A stretch of 64,000 nt of DNA from Trichodelitschia bisporula (Eukaryota), in contig ML996690.1 in assembly GCA_010356995.1 (NCBI GenBank), forward strand, positions 433,322 through 497,321, written 5' to 3'. This document shows, piece by piece, positions 48,256 to 62,009 of this stretch; the stretch's first letter is position 1, and each line of letters starts with the position of its first letter. The notes below the pieces were generated by a model. The model searched no databases. It was not told where the DNA came from and saw only the letters and a list, made by a program, of their open reading frames with translations. The position numbers and the translations under genes were made by a program.

Positions 48256-49631
48256 GAGTCGGGATTTCAGCTCTGTGAATCTCTTCTTTCCTATCACCGC
48301 CAGAGTCGGAATTCGATCCCGAAACACGCGACAGTGGATTTCTCGGTCGCCGGGATGCAGAAAGCTTGTCCGTCAAAGGACAAGCGTGTACGATAAGATT
48401 GATGGGCTTGGGATTCTACGATGAATAGAATTCAAGCTGGAACCATGAAAGGCACCCTCGGACGATCTGGCCACAACGTCTTGTGATTGCAAGGTTCGGA
48501 TTCCACCGAGCTGGATGAGGTTGAATCCCTGGATTCGTCGCGATCCCTTAGTAACGACCCAGCACGCCCAGCTCTAGGCGAACAAGTTCGTCTCGTTCCA
48601 TGGACCTCACGATGAATGCCGCAATCTCCAACTACGACCATCGGCTCCGAAGCAGCGTCAAGTTGGCGACTTAGCCAACGAGCGCCTGGTTCTTTTAGAT
48701 CCTGCCCCTTAAAGTACTTCAATCATGACTAACGTGCATGGCAACCAGGGCAACGATGAGATCATCCTCCCGCTATACCCGAAGGCTATGGTGTTGAATG
48801 TTAGACGTCAACTCTTTTGGTGTATGATTGACATCTCCTTGCTTTAAGACCCGCTCGACTGGTATCCGCGAGGAAGTGACGTGAAAATGGAGCTTCATCT
48901 TTCTGACATCACAACAGAGTCAAGGGACAGTCTAAGAGGGAGGCAGTGTACTGAGAACCAAGTTACGGTGCTGGAGTCGCTTGGTGGCAACGAAAGTCCG
49001 GTCAGTGTCGTAAACCGAGACAACCCGCCCTGAGTTCACGATCCTCGCCACTATCCAAGCCCAGTCCTCATTCCAGTGACGAATCGCCCGTCGCACGAGC
49101 AGCATCATGCGCTATTGATCCCCCACTCCGCCCCGTGGGGACAGAGACGTAAATTCTGGGCCATGGATCGTGAAATTGCCTACGGGAGAGGGAAATGGAC
49201 GCGCGCCAACAATCACCGCTAACAGAGTACTCGATTTGGCAGTCTACACGCGCCTGCATATCTAACCCGGTGGTCGGGCTCTGCGCTCCTGGTAAGCTGT
49301 TGACGATTATTGTACGGTTTACGGCCCGTTTAGCTTTGGATCTGAACGGTGTTGGCTGTTTCCCCGGTTTCCTCGACGTATGGCCACTGGATTCCTGGCT
49401 CTCGCGAGAGGCTCTGAACTGTCATCTGGGAACCGCTTGACTGTGCTTCTTTCTCCTTCCTGCTCTTCTAAGATCTGGGAAGGAGCAGCCCCTCTGAATT
49501 CCGGCAACATCAATTCGGCAACTGCCCCCTACGGTCCCTCGAGGGAGTGTCGGTCAGACTCACTTTTGCTCGCCGCGTGGAGTTCGTCCATTCTCATATC
49601 ATGTTATCCGACATATTTAAGCCGTGAGATC

Positions 49632-50970
49632 ATGGCAGTAGCCTTCCACGCGTCGGAAGCCGGTGCACATCACGCAGCTACAGCCGACCGCTCAGTAATT
49701 TCGACCTCGAAAGCCAATTCCCGACGGACCGCCGACCGGCCAAACGCAACGCCATCTACTGCGGCCCATTTGAGGATGGCGGCCCACTCAAGGATGGCGG
49801 CCCACTCAAGGATAGCAGCCCCGTTGAGTACTCGCACACCTTCCCCCACCGGCACGACGGCACCCCCTCCCGACACTCCCCTCCAGACACTCCCCTCCCT
49901 TCCCGCCCTCCTCAAGCAACAGTTCCCACACCCTAACCGGCGACACCTCCCCCCCCTTCCCGGTCCCAAGCCGCGCCCACTCCATGGTCGGCCGATACCC
50001 GGCTTTCGCCCACCACCTCGACGTCCCTCAACCAGCATACACAATCGGTTTCCCCTACCCCAAAGACCAGCCAGGACTTCGACCGCTCCACCCTCTCCGA
50101 CTACGAATTCCCCTGGGATGCGCCGCCCGCCCCCGCCGCCCCCGCATCTCGCAAACGGCAACCGCTACGGCAGCACCTCCGCGCTCTCGCGCCCCTACTG
50201 CTAGCAGAATACCTCGGTGTTCGTCCCCCCCCTCTCCCTAACCCCCAACTAACCCCCCGCAGACCACCCTCGCCCTCTTCCTCGGCCTCTCCGGCAGTCT
50301 CCAAGCCCGCTTCAGCCCGACCGGCTCGTCTGAAACCAGCAGCTGGGCCTGGGGCTTCGCATTCAGCTTCGCGATCTTCCTAGCCGCGCCCATCAGCGGC
50401 GCGCATCTGAACCCCGTCATTTCCCTCTCGCAAGCTGCGTTCCGGCGCTTCCCCTGGCCACGTGCGGCGGCTTACATCGTCGCGCAACTCCTCGCCGGCT
50501 TGACCGCGGGCGCGCTGGCGGTCGCGATTTACGCCGATGCGTTGAGGAAGGCGGACCCAGGCCGGACTGATGCGCTGGGCGGCAGCGCGCTGTACACCGT
50601 CCCGCACGCGGGGATCGCGCCGGTTACCGCATTTTCAGCGAGTTCGTGGGCGCGGCGGTGTTGGTCTGCGCCGTGTTCGCCTTGGATGGGATAGCGGCGA
50701 GGCGGAGCGGGATGCGCTTATGTTGGGCTTCCTGACAACGGTGTTGAATATGACGGTTGGGTAGAATACTGGTCCCGCGTTGAATCCCGCACGCGATCTG
50801 GGGCCGAGGGTGATTGTGAGACTGGTGGGATACAGGGGCGCGTTTGTAGGGGGGTGGTGGATTTATGGGCCGTGGGTTTGCGACGATTCTTGGGGGGTTG
50901 GGGGCTTGTTGGGTTTGGGGAGGAAGGGGAGAAGGAGAGGGTGATGGGACTGGAAGAGAGGGTTGCTTAG
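49632..50970 (+). pseudogene. Aquaglyceroporin (MIP family) pseudogene
   Basis: LAEYLG-(intron)-TTLALFLGLSG, WAWGFAF, ISGAHLNPV, FPW, YIVAQLLAG, SEFVGAAVL, and G*NTGPALNPARDLGPR. Frameshift near 50635, stop TAG 50762-50764, and further lesions. The start is uncertain. Confidence 0.8.
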
Positions 50971-51813
50971 CTGTTCCTGAGCATGATGCGGGCGTTTAGT
51001 GTTCCGGGTTTGAGACTGTTTTGATATCGCTGTCAAAAGTATGCGGATTTCGGCTTGCTAACCTCTTTTGTTTGTGTTGCTGGATGCTGCTATACCCGTA
51101 TGTGTCGCGGCCAATTGATGACCTGATATCTGTACTTCACTTCGTCAGTTGCGGAGAGACGTGTCAGCCTTGCGAGATCGGCCCCGACCCTCCTGGATCG
51201 TCAAGGGTGCCACGAGGCAAGCTAACAGCAAATAAATCTGTTGCCGTCATCGCACGAGCCCACGGACGAGCCGCATCTGCCTGCATTAGCGGGCATTACT
51301 GTCCGATCGGTAGCTGGTTAAAGGCCGCATCGTGTGGAAGGGCCGACGGGATTCGAAATTTTCGGTAACTTGGGCATTGTCCTTACATCCTTTTATATGT
51401 ACTATGAATTCCGCTTACCAACTTCTCCCGCTGTACACGTAGATGATGAAGCGGCTGATGTCAGAATAGCCTTTACATTCGCTCAATCACTCGGCAACCT
51501 GGGTGGCTGCTTGGTGCGCTACCGGGTACGGTAGACAAGCTGCGTCGAGACTCATAGGAACTTCTCCTTGGGCCCTGGAAGTTAATGATGGCCCAACCAA
51601 CCCGGTTTCTTTCCCACCCAAGTGGCTACTCTGACAGGCAGTTATAAAGACAGATTCTGGGAGTTTACTTCAATAACTTACAACCTCTATCCTCATGCCA
51701 AAGTGTACCACATATCCAGGCGCCATAGACCAGGCCTACGGTAGGGCTGATGTTTTCAGAAGCCTGGCGATTGCGGACATCCCTCTGATGTAGATATGGA
51801 AGGGGTATTGTCA

Positions 51814-52026
51814 TGTCAGGAAGGAAGGAACAGGTCGAACATGATATAATGTGCGCATGATAGGTGGAAGGAGCATAGGAGAATACTTGGCTTCATGGTG
51901 TATTTATCCTGTTGAGTCTCTTCCTCTCTTCCTCTCTTCCTTTCGTTATCTTTACTTCAAACTTCAGTTATCACAGTTGCCTTGCACTTCGTTGGAGCTC
52001 CTGCTGCATTACCCTCCAGCCGCACA
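51814..52026 (+). repeat. Dispersed repeat copy B, solo-LTR-like (TGT...ACA)
   Basis: Colinear with 12950..13127. Begins TGTCAGG and ends CCGCACA; carries an internal (CTCTTCCT) expansion. Confidence 0.7.
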
Positions 52027-52116
52027 CAAGCCGTCCATCTCACGACCATTCTCAAACCAACCCCTCCACCTCCAATCGCAATCACCAATGACTAACATCC
52101 TCATAGACTCCATCAT

Positions 52117-52891
52117 CTACAACTTCGTCTTCCCCTCCTCAATCCAAATCTCCATCTCCCCCTCAGCCCCCTGTTCATACAATTCCCAATACCGCTCCGC
52201 AATCCGCCCCGGACTAAAAACCCCCCCATCCGGCTTCACAAGCCCATGCACCACCACCGCCGCAACATGCACCCCCCTCTTCGCCAGCACTTGGCTCAAG
52301 CTCACCGTCAAACTATGCTGCGCCGCCTTGCTCACCCCAAGGCTAAAATACGGCGCAAAGGCCTCTTTGTACAACCCCCCACTCGTGACCAGCAGCGCGG
52401 GCTTGCGACCCGCCTTCCCAACGAAGCTGAGCAGGTGCGGCATCGCCCAGTTCGCAGTGACGTAGAGCCCCACAGTGGCCGTCTAGCCATATCAGCTCCT
52501 TGCACACCGAACCAAGCTCACAGCCACGTACCTTGAAATCCTCAATAACTTCCCCCGCCGCATAAGCACCTAGCCGACTCGCCCTAAGCCGGCTCGCGTT
52601 ATACACGACCACCTCCGGCGCCCCGAGGTCGGTCTCCACAGCCGCGAGCGCGGCCTTCAGCGCTGCTTCGTCGCTCACGTCTGCGGGGTAGGTGCGCACG
52701 ACGGCATTGGGCTGGCCGGCGGCGGCGGCGGTGCGATGGACGGTTTCGGCGTCGTTGGAGAGACGGGTGGCGTTCCGGGAGATGAGGGCGATGGCGAAGC
52801 CGCGCGCGGCGAAGTGGCTGGCGACGCCGACGCCGATGCCGGGACCGGAGCCGAGGAGGAGGAGGAGTTTGGTTTCGGGAGAGGGGGGCAT
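52117..52891 (-). CDS. Short-chain dehydrogenase-like NAD(P)-binding protein
   Basis: Exons 52891..52532 and 52482..52117. LLGSGPGIG, LISRN, ADVSD, VVYNAS, LLVTSGG, YFSLGVSKAAQ. Confidence 0.85.
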
Positions 52892-53324
52892 GGTGTTGTA
52901 GACGTGGGGCGAGCAGCGGTAAGTTTAGTGCTAAGTGGGGGGGGGTATGTAGTTGTTGGAGGTTCGAGTTGGGGTGGGTTATGGGATGAGGTCCTCGGTG
53001 CTGATACGGTTTGCAGCCCTAGGAGTTGCATAACCTCGGCATACAGGCATGGCATCAAGCCTTGCGCACGCGAGAGCTGGGGATGTCACGGCGCGACGGG
53101 GGGCTTATAAATCAGCGTATCGACTGTTGAATGTCTATGCTTAAGCCTTCTCCGCTGTATATGCCTTCTCGCGCAATCTGTCGTCATGGCTGGCAAGCGC
53201 CACACGAAGACGCGAATCTCAGCCTGATTGCGCGCATTGTGGCGCACCCTCACCACCTATAACCCCCCTCAACCACGAGGGGAACAGCCCATCGCCTCTC
53301 CTCTATCGCTCCCTCCTCACTCAC

Positions 53325-56300
53325 TCACCGCTTATTAAAGTTCAAATACCGCGCCTACGCACCCGTTAGCTCGGTCCCACAAACCAACAACCAGCAAAGC
53401 ACCTACCGCAGTGAACAAAATCACCAAATTGCTCCCCACAAACGCCACCAAAATGCCCATATCCCGCCAGCGATGCCGGAACTCATACCCCAGCGCCTGG
53501 AACCACTGATCGCCCGTCTTGAACGCGCAATACTCGCACACGCCGCGCGTCGCCGCGCCCACCAAGTACCCAGGCCCGCCGCGCGCGAAAAAGGGCCCCA
53601 TGTAGTCGCCGCAGGTCTGGCCAGCGGGCGGACTGAAGCGCGTGATCTCGTCCGGCGTGCAGACTACCTTGCGGCCGGCCAACTCGGTGACGAGCATGCC
53701 GCCCACGAGCCGCGTGTACGGATTCAGCTGGAACAGCCACGCGCGCCAGAACTTGGGTATCTGTGGCCTGGGGACGGTGACGCCGCAGAAAAAGGCCATG
53801 GTGATGATGATGAAGGGGTTGAACAGGGCGGATATAACGGGGGAAGGAGTGAGTGCGGCAACGGCTTGCCCGAGTGTCACGGCGAAGTTTTCCAGGATGT
53901 AGACCATGAGGAATTGGTAGCCTGCGCGCGAGGGGGCGGGTTGCAGGTGGGGCATGTAGTACAAGGGAAGGAAGAAGGCTATTGTGCAGAGGACGGAGTA
54001 TGGGAGTTCGGCGACGACCATGCTGAGCACGAAGGGCGAGGTGTGGTACGCGCGGGCTGCTTGCTCGCGGTATGCGATGCGCCGGGCCATGGCGTATTTG
54101 GGCTGGACTTGGGCGAGGATGATGGCGGGGAGGACGGTGACTTGGAAGACGATGAAGATGCGGTACTGCAGCGATGTGCGGCTGTCATTGAGATGCAGGT
54201 ATGTCAGGCCTGTGAGGATGCAAACGATGATGTGGTTGAAGAGCCGCGTGACGCCGTAGTTGGGCGTGCGCCAGAACGCGAGGGATTGGCGCCGGCATAC
54301 GGTCTTGATTTGGTGCCAGAGGGGCGTGGCGTAGGTTTTTTGTACGGGGGCCGTTTGCGCGGCTGTTTCTGCGAGCCGCGCGGTTTTCAGTGTGTTGACG
54401 GCGGCTTTGGCGGCGGCGAATTCGTCCGATGCGCTCCAGATGTCGGCCCAGTCGGTGCCAATGACGGCGTGAGATCCGATCTGATCCAGCATCCACTCGG
54501 CGGGGTTGGCATCGGGCGGACAGTGCGCCCCGTGCCGATGGAAATATCCTAGCAGCTCCTGGCCGTGGTGTCCGATCTCGCCAAAGTACACGCAGCGGCC
54601 GCCGGGCTTGAGAAGTAGCAGGCGATCGAACATCTCGAACAGCGTCGAGTTAGGCTGGTGGATAGTGCACAGAATGGCCTGGCCCGCCGCAGCCAACTTA
54701 CGTAGGAAGCGTACGATGTTGAACGCGCTCTGGCTATCCAGCCCGCTCGTCGGCTCGTCCAAGAAGAGGAGCAACTCCGGTTTCGCAGCCAATTCGACGC
54801 CAATCGTTACGCGCTTGCGCTGCTCGACGGTCAGACCGCGGCCTGCGTCCCCGATAATTGCATCCGCCAAATCCTCCATCTCCAGCAGCGACAAGATCTC
54901 CTCGACGTACGCGTACTTCTCTTCCCGGGGCGTCTCGGGCGGCTGGCGCAGCTCGGCAGCGAAGCGGAGGGCTTCTCGTACCGTGGCCGTCGGCTCGTGC
55001 ACGTCGAGCTGCTCGGCGTAGGATGTACCGCGCTGAAAGGCGGGGCCGGGTTTGCGGCCGTCGACGAGGATAGTCCCGCCAATGACGCCGATGTTTTTGC
55101 GAGCTGCAAGGACGTCCAGCAAGGTTGTTTTGCCGGCGCCGGAGGCACCCATCAGCGCGGTGAGTTCGCCGGGCTTGACGTAGCCCCAGATGTCGGTTAG
55201 GAGGCGCTTGGAGCCGGACTTGACGGGCACGTCATAGGTGATTTCCTCCCAGGTGAGCACGGCTTTGGAGGAGATCTCGAGGCGCGTGTTGCCCTTGTCA
55301 TTCGTGCCTTCTTTTTGGCGCCTTTCTTTTGCTTGTTCAAGTCCTTGGTTTAGGACTTTGCGTTCCTTGCTTTCTTTGATGAAGCTGATCCCCACGCCGC
55401 CGGGGATGGTCCAGGTTATGAACTCGCCTATTAGGATGTTCTGCTGCTGTTAGCATCGGCTTTGGACCAGGAAAAGCCACGCACAAAGGATAGAAACGCC
55501 ACGACCAGAGCCACCATGATGCCCCAGTGCTCCCAGAGCATCGATGGCACGTACGAAAACGCGATCCGGATATACTCCTTGCCGGACACGAGAGGATTAC
55601 CCTCGACGCTACCCTGCAGCGTACATGCCTGGTGTGAAATGTTGCCGTACCCTGGGCCGAAGGGTATCATCGACTTCTGGATGCACGTCAGGTCAATGCG
55701 CTTGAACTCATTAATCATGAGCGCAGAGAAGCCCAACCCCATTGGGTTGAGATAGTACACCCAGCGGAGCCACACGTGCTGGCGCTGGAATTGGATGATG
55801 TATCCGGCCGTGAGGAAGAAGATGGTGATACCGGTCGAAGCAAGTCTAGAATGTTAGCCGGCGCACCAGCTTCCGGATGCCTCATACCGGATAGCAACGT
55901 CAAAATCTGGGCTCAGGCAGGCCACCGTTCGGAAATACAGCGACAGCGCCAAATATCCCGTGGTGATGGTGAGTACGTAGATAAAGAAGGCCCCGACTTC
56001 GCGCGCCAGGTCCGTCATGAAATAAACGATGATCGAGAAGATCGTAATCCGCGCAGCCCCGAAGATAAAATCAACGGCAATCTGCGCAACCCACAGCGCC
56101 GACGGCGTGTACAGCGCATAGGCGCGATGCTTGTACAAAATTGGGCGTCCAAACATTGTCGCCCCAAGCTCGCCAAAAGCCTGGAACGAGTTAAACATCA
56201 GCGAGAAGAACAGCACACCACCACGCGTAAACGCAGCGGGACTATCCCGCGGCTGGTGGAGCCACAAATTCCCCGCCATCACGGCAATTATAATCGACGT

Positions 56301-57896
56301 CGCCCAGCTAACCGTCAACGAGAACTTATCCTGCAGCTTGAGCAGAAAGTGCCGGCGCATCAGCGCCCACACCTGCTGCCCAAAGTGCATGACATACACG
56401 CTGCGCCCAAACGAGTGGCGCTTGCCCGCCGCCACGGCGCGCAAAAAAGCATCGTGCACTTCTTCCTCAGCTACCAGCTGCTGCCGGTAGCTCGCTAGAT
56501 CGGCACGCACCTGCGCCGCATGCGGTGAGGCAGCGTAGGCGGCGGCCAGGGCCGTGGGCGTGGACGGCGTGTTGTGCGAGCCGTGACCTTCGGCGTACTC
56601 GCGCTCGAACGGATCGGTCACGCCGGTGAGGAAATCAGGCGTTGTCTGGCGCGGCTTTGCCTGGAACCCGAGCTTTTGGAAGTAAGCGCGGGCGTCGCGG
56701 GCCGGGCCGAAGAAGACCTGCCGGCCTTGGTCGATGACGAGGACTTTGTCGAAGTGCGAGTAGATGTTTTCTGAGGCTTGGTAGAGCGAGACGAAGGTTG
56801 ATGTCTTGTAGATGTCGGTTAGGATGCGCAGCGATTTGGCGTAGTCCAGTGCTGTGGAGGAGTCGAGGCCGCGCGTTGAGTTGTCCCATGAGCAGACTGA
56901 TGCGCTGGTGACCATCATTTCCATGATGGACACGCGCTTGCGCTCACCACCGGATACACCTCGAACGAATTGGTCCCCGACCATGGTGTTACGTGTGTGC
57001 TGGCGAGGTCAGTCAGTGCCAAAAGGCGACACGGAAAGGGGGCTCACCTCCATATTAAACATCTTGAGCAGCATGTCGACGATACGCTCGCGGAACGCCC
57101 GCCTCGACAGGCCCGCAATCTTTTTGCCCGGGATTTTCGTTTCCAGAGCAAAGGCGAGCGTCTGCGACACGCTGAGCGTGGGGTAGTGCACATCATCCTC
57201 GCCATTGTACACAGCCTCGCCGCGATACCGCTTCCCAAACGTTTTCGCATCGAACCGGCCGTAGAAAACCTCGCCATCGACGCCCGCGAACTCGAATCTC
57301 TGATTCGCAATGGTCTTCAAGAACGTCGAGCACCCGCTCCCCGGTCGGCCGAGCACAAGCACCATCTCCCCCGGCTTCGCCACACCCATGAACCCGCTCA
57401 AGATATCGACCTCGGCCTTCTTTTCCTTTCTCACCAGCGGCCTCACCCACGCCCACGGATTAATCCAACCCACTAACACCCACCCAAACGTCTTCACGCC
57501 ACCCCTCCCTAACCCAACCCCACGCACACGCAAATCCTCCCACCCCACCCCGACGCTCTTCCCCGGAATCCCCGCCTCCTCTTCGTCCCAACGCTTCCCG
57601 CGCAGCGTTTCCTCAAGGTTGAAGTGCTCCTCAGAGTCCGCCTCGATAGCCGTCTCAACATCGCCATGCTTCTCGAAATCATGTTCGCCATGGCGGGCCG
57701 CTTTGGATGCCTTGGACAGTTCGCGGCTCAGCTCAGCGAACTCGGCTTCTGCGCGCGCGACGTTGATGCCCGCCTCGGGGGACTTGGGCGAGGTGGGGGA
57801 GTAGCCGGTGCTGTATCTCGAGGAGGACGTGGAGGGCCGGTTGGTGGCCGAAGCGGTGCTGGGCTGCATCATTTCCTTTTCGCTGGCGGAGTCCAT
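53325..57896 (-). CDS. Full-size PDR/ABCG multidrug transporter (NBD-TMD)x2
   Basis: NBD1 GRPGSGCST, VSGGERKRVS, CSWDNSTRGLD; NBD2 GASGAGKTT, LTVEQRKRVTIGVEL, FLDEPTSGLD, CTIHQP, NPAEWML. Several introns; last exon ARYLNFNKR*. Confidence 0.95.
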
Positions 57897-59972
57897 GGCT
57901 GGAATTTGTGCTCGCGTTGTTGGCCTCTGGCTCTCCAGTCCGGAATTGACGGGTCAACGATGTCTTCTTTGCGAGTAGACACTGCTACGAGCGCGAAACG
58001 ACTGAAGATATCCACGAACGGGGAGAACCCAAAAGGCGCAAGGCAGCAATGATGACGTCGTCCCAGGCTGCCTCCAACGATACGAAGCACGTCTTGCGAC
58101 GACGCGAGCCAAAATGATGAAATCGACTATCGCGAAACAAACGGCTGTCCAAGAGCCCAATTGCACGACAATGAGCGAGATTAACCGGTATTAGCCCCGA
58201 TATCTCTAGGTCGCAGCCCGCGGGAAGCCAAGCGCATCTTATGTAGCAACCGGCCAGCGTGTAGGCAAACCGATACAGTCAAGTCATACCCGAACCCTGA
58301 AAACCAGCATCCCGTCCAAACGGGATACACGCAAAGCTCCAATGCCCACTCGATGACTCCTCGCAGAGCCCTACGGTAAGATCCCACCTAAAGCAGACAC
58401 CGTACCCGACCACGGCCCCGGCGCCCGCATGGCCACCCCCGCACTCATCACGCCCTGCAGCCCGCACCGGCAGCTCATGCCTGCCAGCCATGCAGGTGTT
58501 GCCGACGACCCGCGCCGACCGCCGTTTCGACGCGGGGCGGGACGCGGGGGAGGGGCACTGGGCAGGGTAGGCGGGGTAAGCGAGAGATGCATCGCGCGAG
58601 TGGGGCCCGGGTCTCGGCCCGGGATGGGGCGAGCACGCCTTTGGGAGGCGATAGGAGAGAAGTAGATCTAGGAATGCCCTTGCTCGGCTGGGAGATACGG
58701 TAGTTGATGACTGGAGATGGCGGGGGGGTTGGAGTGAGGTTCAGGGCGGTTCGGGTGAACTACTGGCCGGCGGGAGGGGGGGAACACACAACCGCTACCC
58801 GTTGATAGTGATACTCTCTTGATGAGGAGGACTGTGGCACGTCATTCTTCTTTCTTCCGTACTTCCCAGGATCAGGATATCGCGTTAACACGAGCCGTGT
58901 CCAGGCAGAAAAACGGCGCAAACTGTATCGACAATCTTAGCCGAGCGTGTGACAAGCCGCGTCCAGGCAGAAAGTCGCTCAATCGGTTTGCCCATCTGCA
59001 AGCAGCCGGGAGACCAAGTTACCGTACAACAGTCTCGACAGAGCCAGGATGCGGCTTGTACGGATTTACCGTAGCGCGCGTGTCGCCCAGATCTAATGCA
59101 GTAGTTCTGAGCTCATCCTCCGAGGACGGGGGGCACGGCATGCATTCGCTGCCGCCCGTTCCTCGCGCCGAGAGCGGAGCGGGGACGGTTTGCTGAGGTG
59201 ACCAGTGAGATGGGCGGATGCGTGATGTGGTTTGCGGTGAACTGAAGGAGTTTGACTTGCATGCGGTTCGCGCGCAATTGCTTAGGTAATCAATTGATCT
59301 TGTGGTTTTCGACCAATGGTGAAGGTCGATGTCTTGGCAGCCTTTGCCCATGTACCGTAACATCATGACGACTCAAAACTCGTCAAAGCTGCAACATTCC
59401 GTCTCTTGCTCCACTGTCATCTCTTGGCATCGATGCTTTGACCAACCTAGGCCGCCGCTCCTCGAAACCTCGCGTGTGAACATCGCCATTCCTCCTCCGC
59501 CACCGTCCCTCCAACACGACATCATCTTTCCCCGCAACCCAACCGCTGCCCACGGACCGTTATGGGCCGCGGGTGCACCGCAGCCGACGCGTGAGCAGCT
59601 CGAGAAACGCGGGGACACCGGATTCAGCCACGGGTCATTGGGCTCGAAGCGGTAGGGAGTGGCTTGGCCCGACGATTTCGGCCCAGGCACCGTTGCATCG
59701 CGTTCATTGCGGCGAAGAGAATTGGAGTATAGCCTTTGTACGTGCGGAGCAACAAGTGCAAAATCAAGATTTTATGAAAGACGAAGAGAGGAGAAGGAGG
59801 GGGAGCGGCGAAGCCATGCTAAAATACCTGCAAGTGTCCATCTGTCCCTTCTTCAAGTAAGAATGCTCCTTCCAACAGTAAGATGGACCTGCTTTAGGGC
59901 TGCATTATGCTTTGCCATTGTCGGCTGAAGCCGCAAGCATAGTCATGTAGCCCCTAACGCACTCTATCAAGC

Positions 59973-59994
59973 ACATACGGCCATAGGTCGCAGA
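59973..59994 (+). pseudogene. 5'-terminal fragment of a 5S rRNA gene
   Basis: ACATACGGCCATAGGTCG matches 17/18 nt of the 5S start at 11053 and has the same upstream AGC. Similarity decays after about 22 nt and no 3' half follows. Confidence 0.6.
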
Positions 59995-60257
59995 CATATA
60001 CCTGTGTCCGGGAAAATAGCCGCCAAATCCGGCGGTTTGTAACGGCGTTTCTAGAGCCAGATTTCCCCAATGCAGGCTTCCAAGAAGTCGGGCGCTTAGA
60101 GTGTTCAGTATCCCTGTTGATGGCTAGCAAATTCCAGCGGACGAATTATATAAATCAGAAAATCTAAAAGCGGCTTACCCCGCATCGAGAATCAGCCCTC
60201 CGCCACTTTATATAGCTTCCGCCTCGTGCCCCTCTTGGGTCTCTATCGCTGCCGCCT

Positions 60258-61085
60258 CAATGCGTCCTCCCGCATGCCGCTTTTTCGTCTCGCCCACCCC
60301 TTCGTCTCGCCAGCCCTTTCGTCTTGCCCACTTCTTCATCTCGCTTTACCCCTTGCCTCGCCTACCTTTTCGCCTGATCTCGCCCTAGCAGCCACGCTGC
60401 CCGAGCACAGACTGCCTACTTGGCTCGCGTGGGGCATTGAGGCGGGCCTGTCGGGCGCGCTGGCGGATGAGGACAGGGGCGTACGAGGGCTCGTTGCTGG
60501 GCCTTAAGTTGATTGGCGACCGTAATATGCCGCACGGGTAGCACACGTTCGTGGCGCCAGATATTGGGAGCGCGAATTTCGGACGGCGTGCGCGGGAGGA
60601 GCCGTATCGGGGGGGGGGGGCAGCGTGCTGGTCAGCAGGGAGGTGGCGTCGGTGATTAGGCTGGCTTCCGAGGGGGGGCCAGTGCTATGGACGAAGCCAC
60701 GGTGGGTTAGGGTTAGGACGTCGGTGTGTGTGGGTTCTGCGGGCGCCTAGACGAGAAGTGAGAGTAGGGAGGTACGAGGGTCACGAACTGGCGGAGGTTT
60801 CGGCGGTGCTGCGAGGGGGTCGGGAACTGCGGGTAGTTTTGCTTGCGTCCACCGGATGAGTTGCTGCAGCTGCTGGTAGTAGACTGGTAGTAGTAGAGGT
60901 TATCCGTTAGGCCGCAGGAGGGGCTGTGCGGGAGAGGTTGCTAGAAGGGCCGCTGCGTGAAGGTGCGGGGGGTGGTGGGGTAGTTGCCGGTGAAGGTTTG
61001 CACACCGGGAACGATACGCTGATACGTAAGGCTTTGCGCGGCGTGACTTGCTGCGGGTATGCCTAGGTGATTTCCGATAGCCCAT
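60258..61085 (-). pseudogene. RIP-like degraded ORF of unknown family
   Basis: MGYRKSPRHTRSKSRRAKPY... continues in frame through isolated TAA/TAG stops (e.g. 60900-60902) with runs of CTA codons. This pattern is typical of C-to-T mutated DNA. Confidence 0.4.
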
Positions 61086-62009
61086 CCGACGAGGGGAGAG
61101 CTGGGCGCGGTTTATTGGCAAACGAAGAGGTGGTGGGATGGGGAACTTGCGAGGCCGGGAATGCGATGGATACGGGCCACGTGGGGCCGCTTGATGGACG
61201 GGAGGAGCCGCTAGGCTAGTTCGAGGGGAAGCGAGGCGCTGTCTAGCACTTCAACCTTTTGCCAATGTTGGTCTGTTGACGACAAGTTGTGGAGTTTGTG
61301 GATGGACAATCGTTTCTCCTCGATGGGGATGAGGCCTTCCCTTCGCAGTTGGAATGGCCGCACGCTCCCGCGGGCTCAATTATTCCACGGTACTGTATGT
61401 TTCTCGAGTCCAGCGCTGACGACATGATGCAACATGACTGATACGATGTCGTCTGCTCAACTCCAATCGAGCCTTCAATCCAGCACCAGGACGCTTGCTA
61501 ACACCCATCTCACACATTATCCGGCCACCCCTTCCACAGAATCAACTACGTATCTCCTCCATCAGAACAGTCTGTATGCCCCCTCTGTCCCTCACTGCGC
61601 TGCCAAACTCCCACCCAAAACCATGACCGCCACTCCGGCATCCTCCCGAGCCTGTTTATGCTCGAGCCCTGGTCAGTCTCGATATCCCGTACAGCACCTA
61701 CGACGTGGGCATAGATGACGCAAGCAGCGTGGGCGATGCACATGGATGAACAACCGGGTATATCCTCCAGCGAAGTCTTCGTCTATGAACTGATCAGTCG
61801 GTAGGAGAACTTGATGCCCCGTAGCATGTGGCTGTGTCTCCTTCAATCTCGTCCTCCTCTCCGCGCCCAACAGCTCACAGCCTCATTCTTGGCATTCTGC
61901 CCCGCAGTTGAGCTCAGCTCGAAGCCCCAAAGCCTCGCCTTTAATCTCCAGTTCCACTCCTGCATTTTCACAAGTCCGCAATTTCTTGACTAGCATCATT
62001 ATTTCCAAG

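Noticed and set aside
51300..51365. tRNA-like words (TAGCTGGTTAAAGGC; TTCGAATCCC on the minus strand)
   Set aside because: The D-loop-like and T-loop-like words lie on opposite strands and no cloverleaf can be built.
53473..54552. 359-aa plus-strand ORF
   Set aside because: Antisense shadow of the PDR transporter.
60016..60056. Hairpin followed by CTAG as a Helitron 3' end
   Set aside because: The stem is only about 5 bp, CTAG is followed by A rather than T, and no Rep/helicase remnant is visible.
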